Source: Octopus vulgaris
Taxonomy: Eukaryota
DNA: 64,000 nt
Reading direction: 5' to 3'
Assembly: GCA_951406725.2 (NCBI GenBank)
Contig: OX597820.1
Location: 79,050,001-79,114,000 of the forward strand
Both the position numbers and the translations under genes were made by a program. This document shows positions 62,625 to 64,000 of the stretch, one piece after another (the first letter of the stretch is position 1; every line of letters begins with the position of its first letter). A model generated the notes under the pieces. It ran no database searches and was not told where the DNA came from. It saw only the letters and a program-made list of their open reading frames with translations.

Positions 62625-62760
62625 ACTTGCATTAATATCTCTGAAGAGGCTGTAAGATATTCTTGTTAATGTCTCATTTATACCTGCATTATATGGCTAA
62701 TAGGTTAAATGAGACATACCTGTCTTCATGGCCGAAACAGCTGTCAGCTACAATGTAAAT
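62625..62760 (+). ncRNA. Type I minimal hammerhead ribozyme motif with long stem II (Penelope/retrozyme-like)
   Basis: CUGAAGA at 62641-47. Stem II pairs GGCUGU-AAGAUA with UGUCUU-C-AUGGCC and contains a perfect 12-bp inner helix (62669-80 with 62706-17). GAAA-C-AGCU-GUC lies at 62734-45 (palindrome ACAGCUGU). Stem I is imperfect. Confidence 0.75.
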
Positions 62761-62921
62761 GTATTTCTATGTCTTGTTATATTTCACCATATTGATTGTA
62801 ATTATTGTACTATATTAATGTATAATATCTTTGCTATTGTGTAGTGTTTTAATAAAGTATTGATTCGGTATTATCTGATAGTTGATGATTGATTTAGATA
62901 TATTTCTCCATTTTCTCATTT

Positions 62922-62965
<44 letters not shown>

Positions 62966-64000
62966 CATACTCTGTTTGCCAATGAGGCTTCTGTCCATAC
63001 AATCAAAGACAAATGCATCTAGCTCACCCATAACCAATTCAAAAGAAAAAATGCAATTGCATATAACTCTAGTTACAAACAATAATAATGAAAAGAAAAT
63101 GCACCAGTTGGAGAAATATGATCTGGTTCAATCCACCACGAAACAAGTCCTCTATCACATAACACTTCCATAAAGATAAAAAAAATTGTAAATTATTCAA
63201 CAATGACAATATAAACAACAGTTATTCTACAGTTCCATCTTTAAGAAAAATTATCCCATTTATAACTACAAAATCCTTTAAAGTAAAATAGAATAAAGCA
63301 GAGGAGATGACTGTAATGGTTGAAACACTGAGTTGTGTCTTTTGGATAATCAGTGCTTGAGTAATCACATCTTGTATCTGTTATCATTTTGGAATTTTAA
63401 AAATGCTAATACAGTTTGTTACAGGGGTTTAACAAAGATCTCTTTAAGAGCCCACTTTTTCATCAAGTGGATTGTTTCAAACACAATCACAAAGAAAATA
63501 CTTCATCACTCTCAGCATGTAAGGGGAAGTATACAGACAATTTCTATCTTGGTCTATCTATTCTATAATATAGACTATTCTATAAAATTTGCAAAATTTA
63601 GAATGGTAAGATGAGAGAATTTAACTGTATGGTTATTTAAAATGCAGTGGATATTTGTGGTTTAAAGGAAATCTCTTACTTTAATATATTAAAGAAAACT
63701 TTAGGTTTATTTGTTCTAAATTTTTTTGCATAAGCTGCATTAAACCAAGACCTGCACCTTTTTCTCATTTTTGTTCTTAAGAGTATTTAGTTACAGATAT
63801 GTCAGGATGGATTTTGTTGTTTCCTATCCTACATTTCAGTTAAATTTTGTATTATGCCATTTATTTCACTCTTATTCTTTGACTTTGTACATTTTATTCT
63901 ATTAGAGTTCTTAACTCTCTCTTTAATTGCATTTTCATTCACAAGATTTTTAGATTCCTTAATTTCATTTGTCAGTTTTAATTTTGTGGCTATCTGTACC

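Overview
AT-rich, repeat-dense eukaryotic DNA, most likely an octopus. This is inferred from the tRNA-derived SINE families, (CAT)n/(GAT)n-tailed repeats and TA/TG microsatellites. Almost all ORF-track entries are spurious. The one supported host gene is on the minus strand: three short coding exons (44048-43963, 37425-37349, 24181-24124) splice in frame to the tandem-WW N-terminus of a PLEKHA5/6/7-family protein. I did not find the next exon, which may lie beyond position 1. A candidate TATA/YY1/E-box/E2F promoter at about 53.4-53.6 kb suggests a divergent plus-strand gene. Mobile DNA includes a 5'-truncated CR1 LINE with an unbroken RT ORF, RTE, Hero-like and hAT relics, and several MITE types: four Merlin-like copies with 8-bp TSDs, two mariner fold-backs, and piggyBac-like and Charlie-like copies. 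The most notable signal is a set of short non-coding insertions carrying minimal hammerhead-ribozyme motifs. One at 62641-62745 has an intact core and an 86-nt stem II. One family has a tRNA-like Pol III head. Two of these insertions, and a related one without a ribozyme, combine target-site duplications with inverted arms, pointing to Penelope-mobilised, retrozyme-like elements. All calls are by eye; repeat boundaries are approximate.
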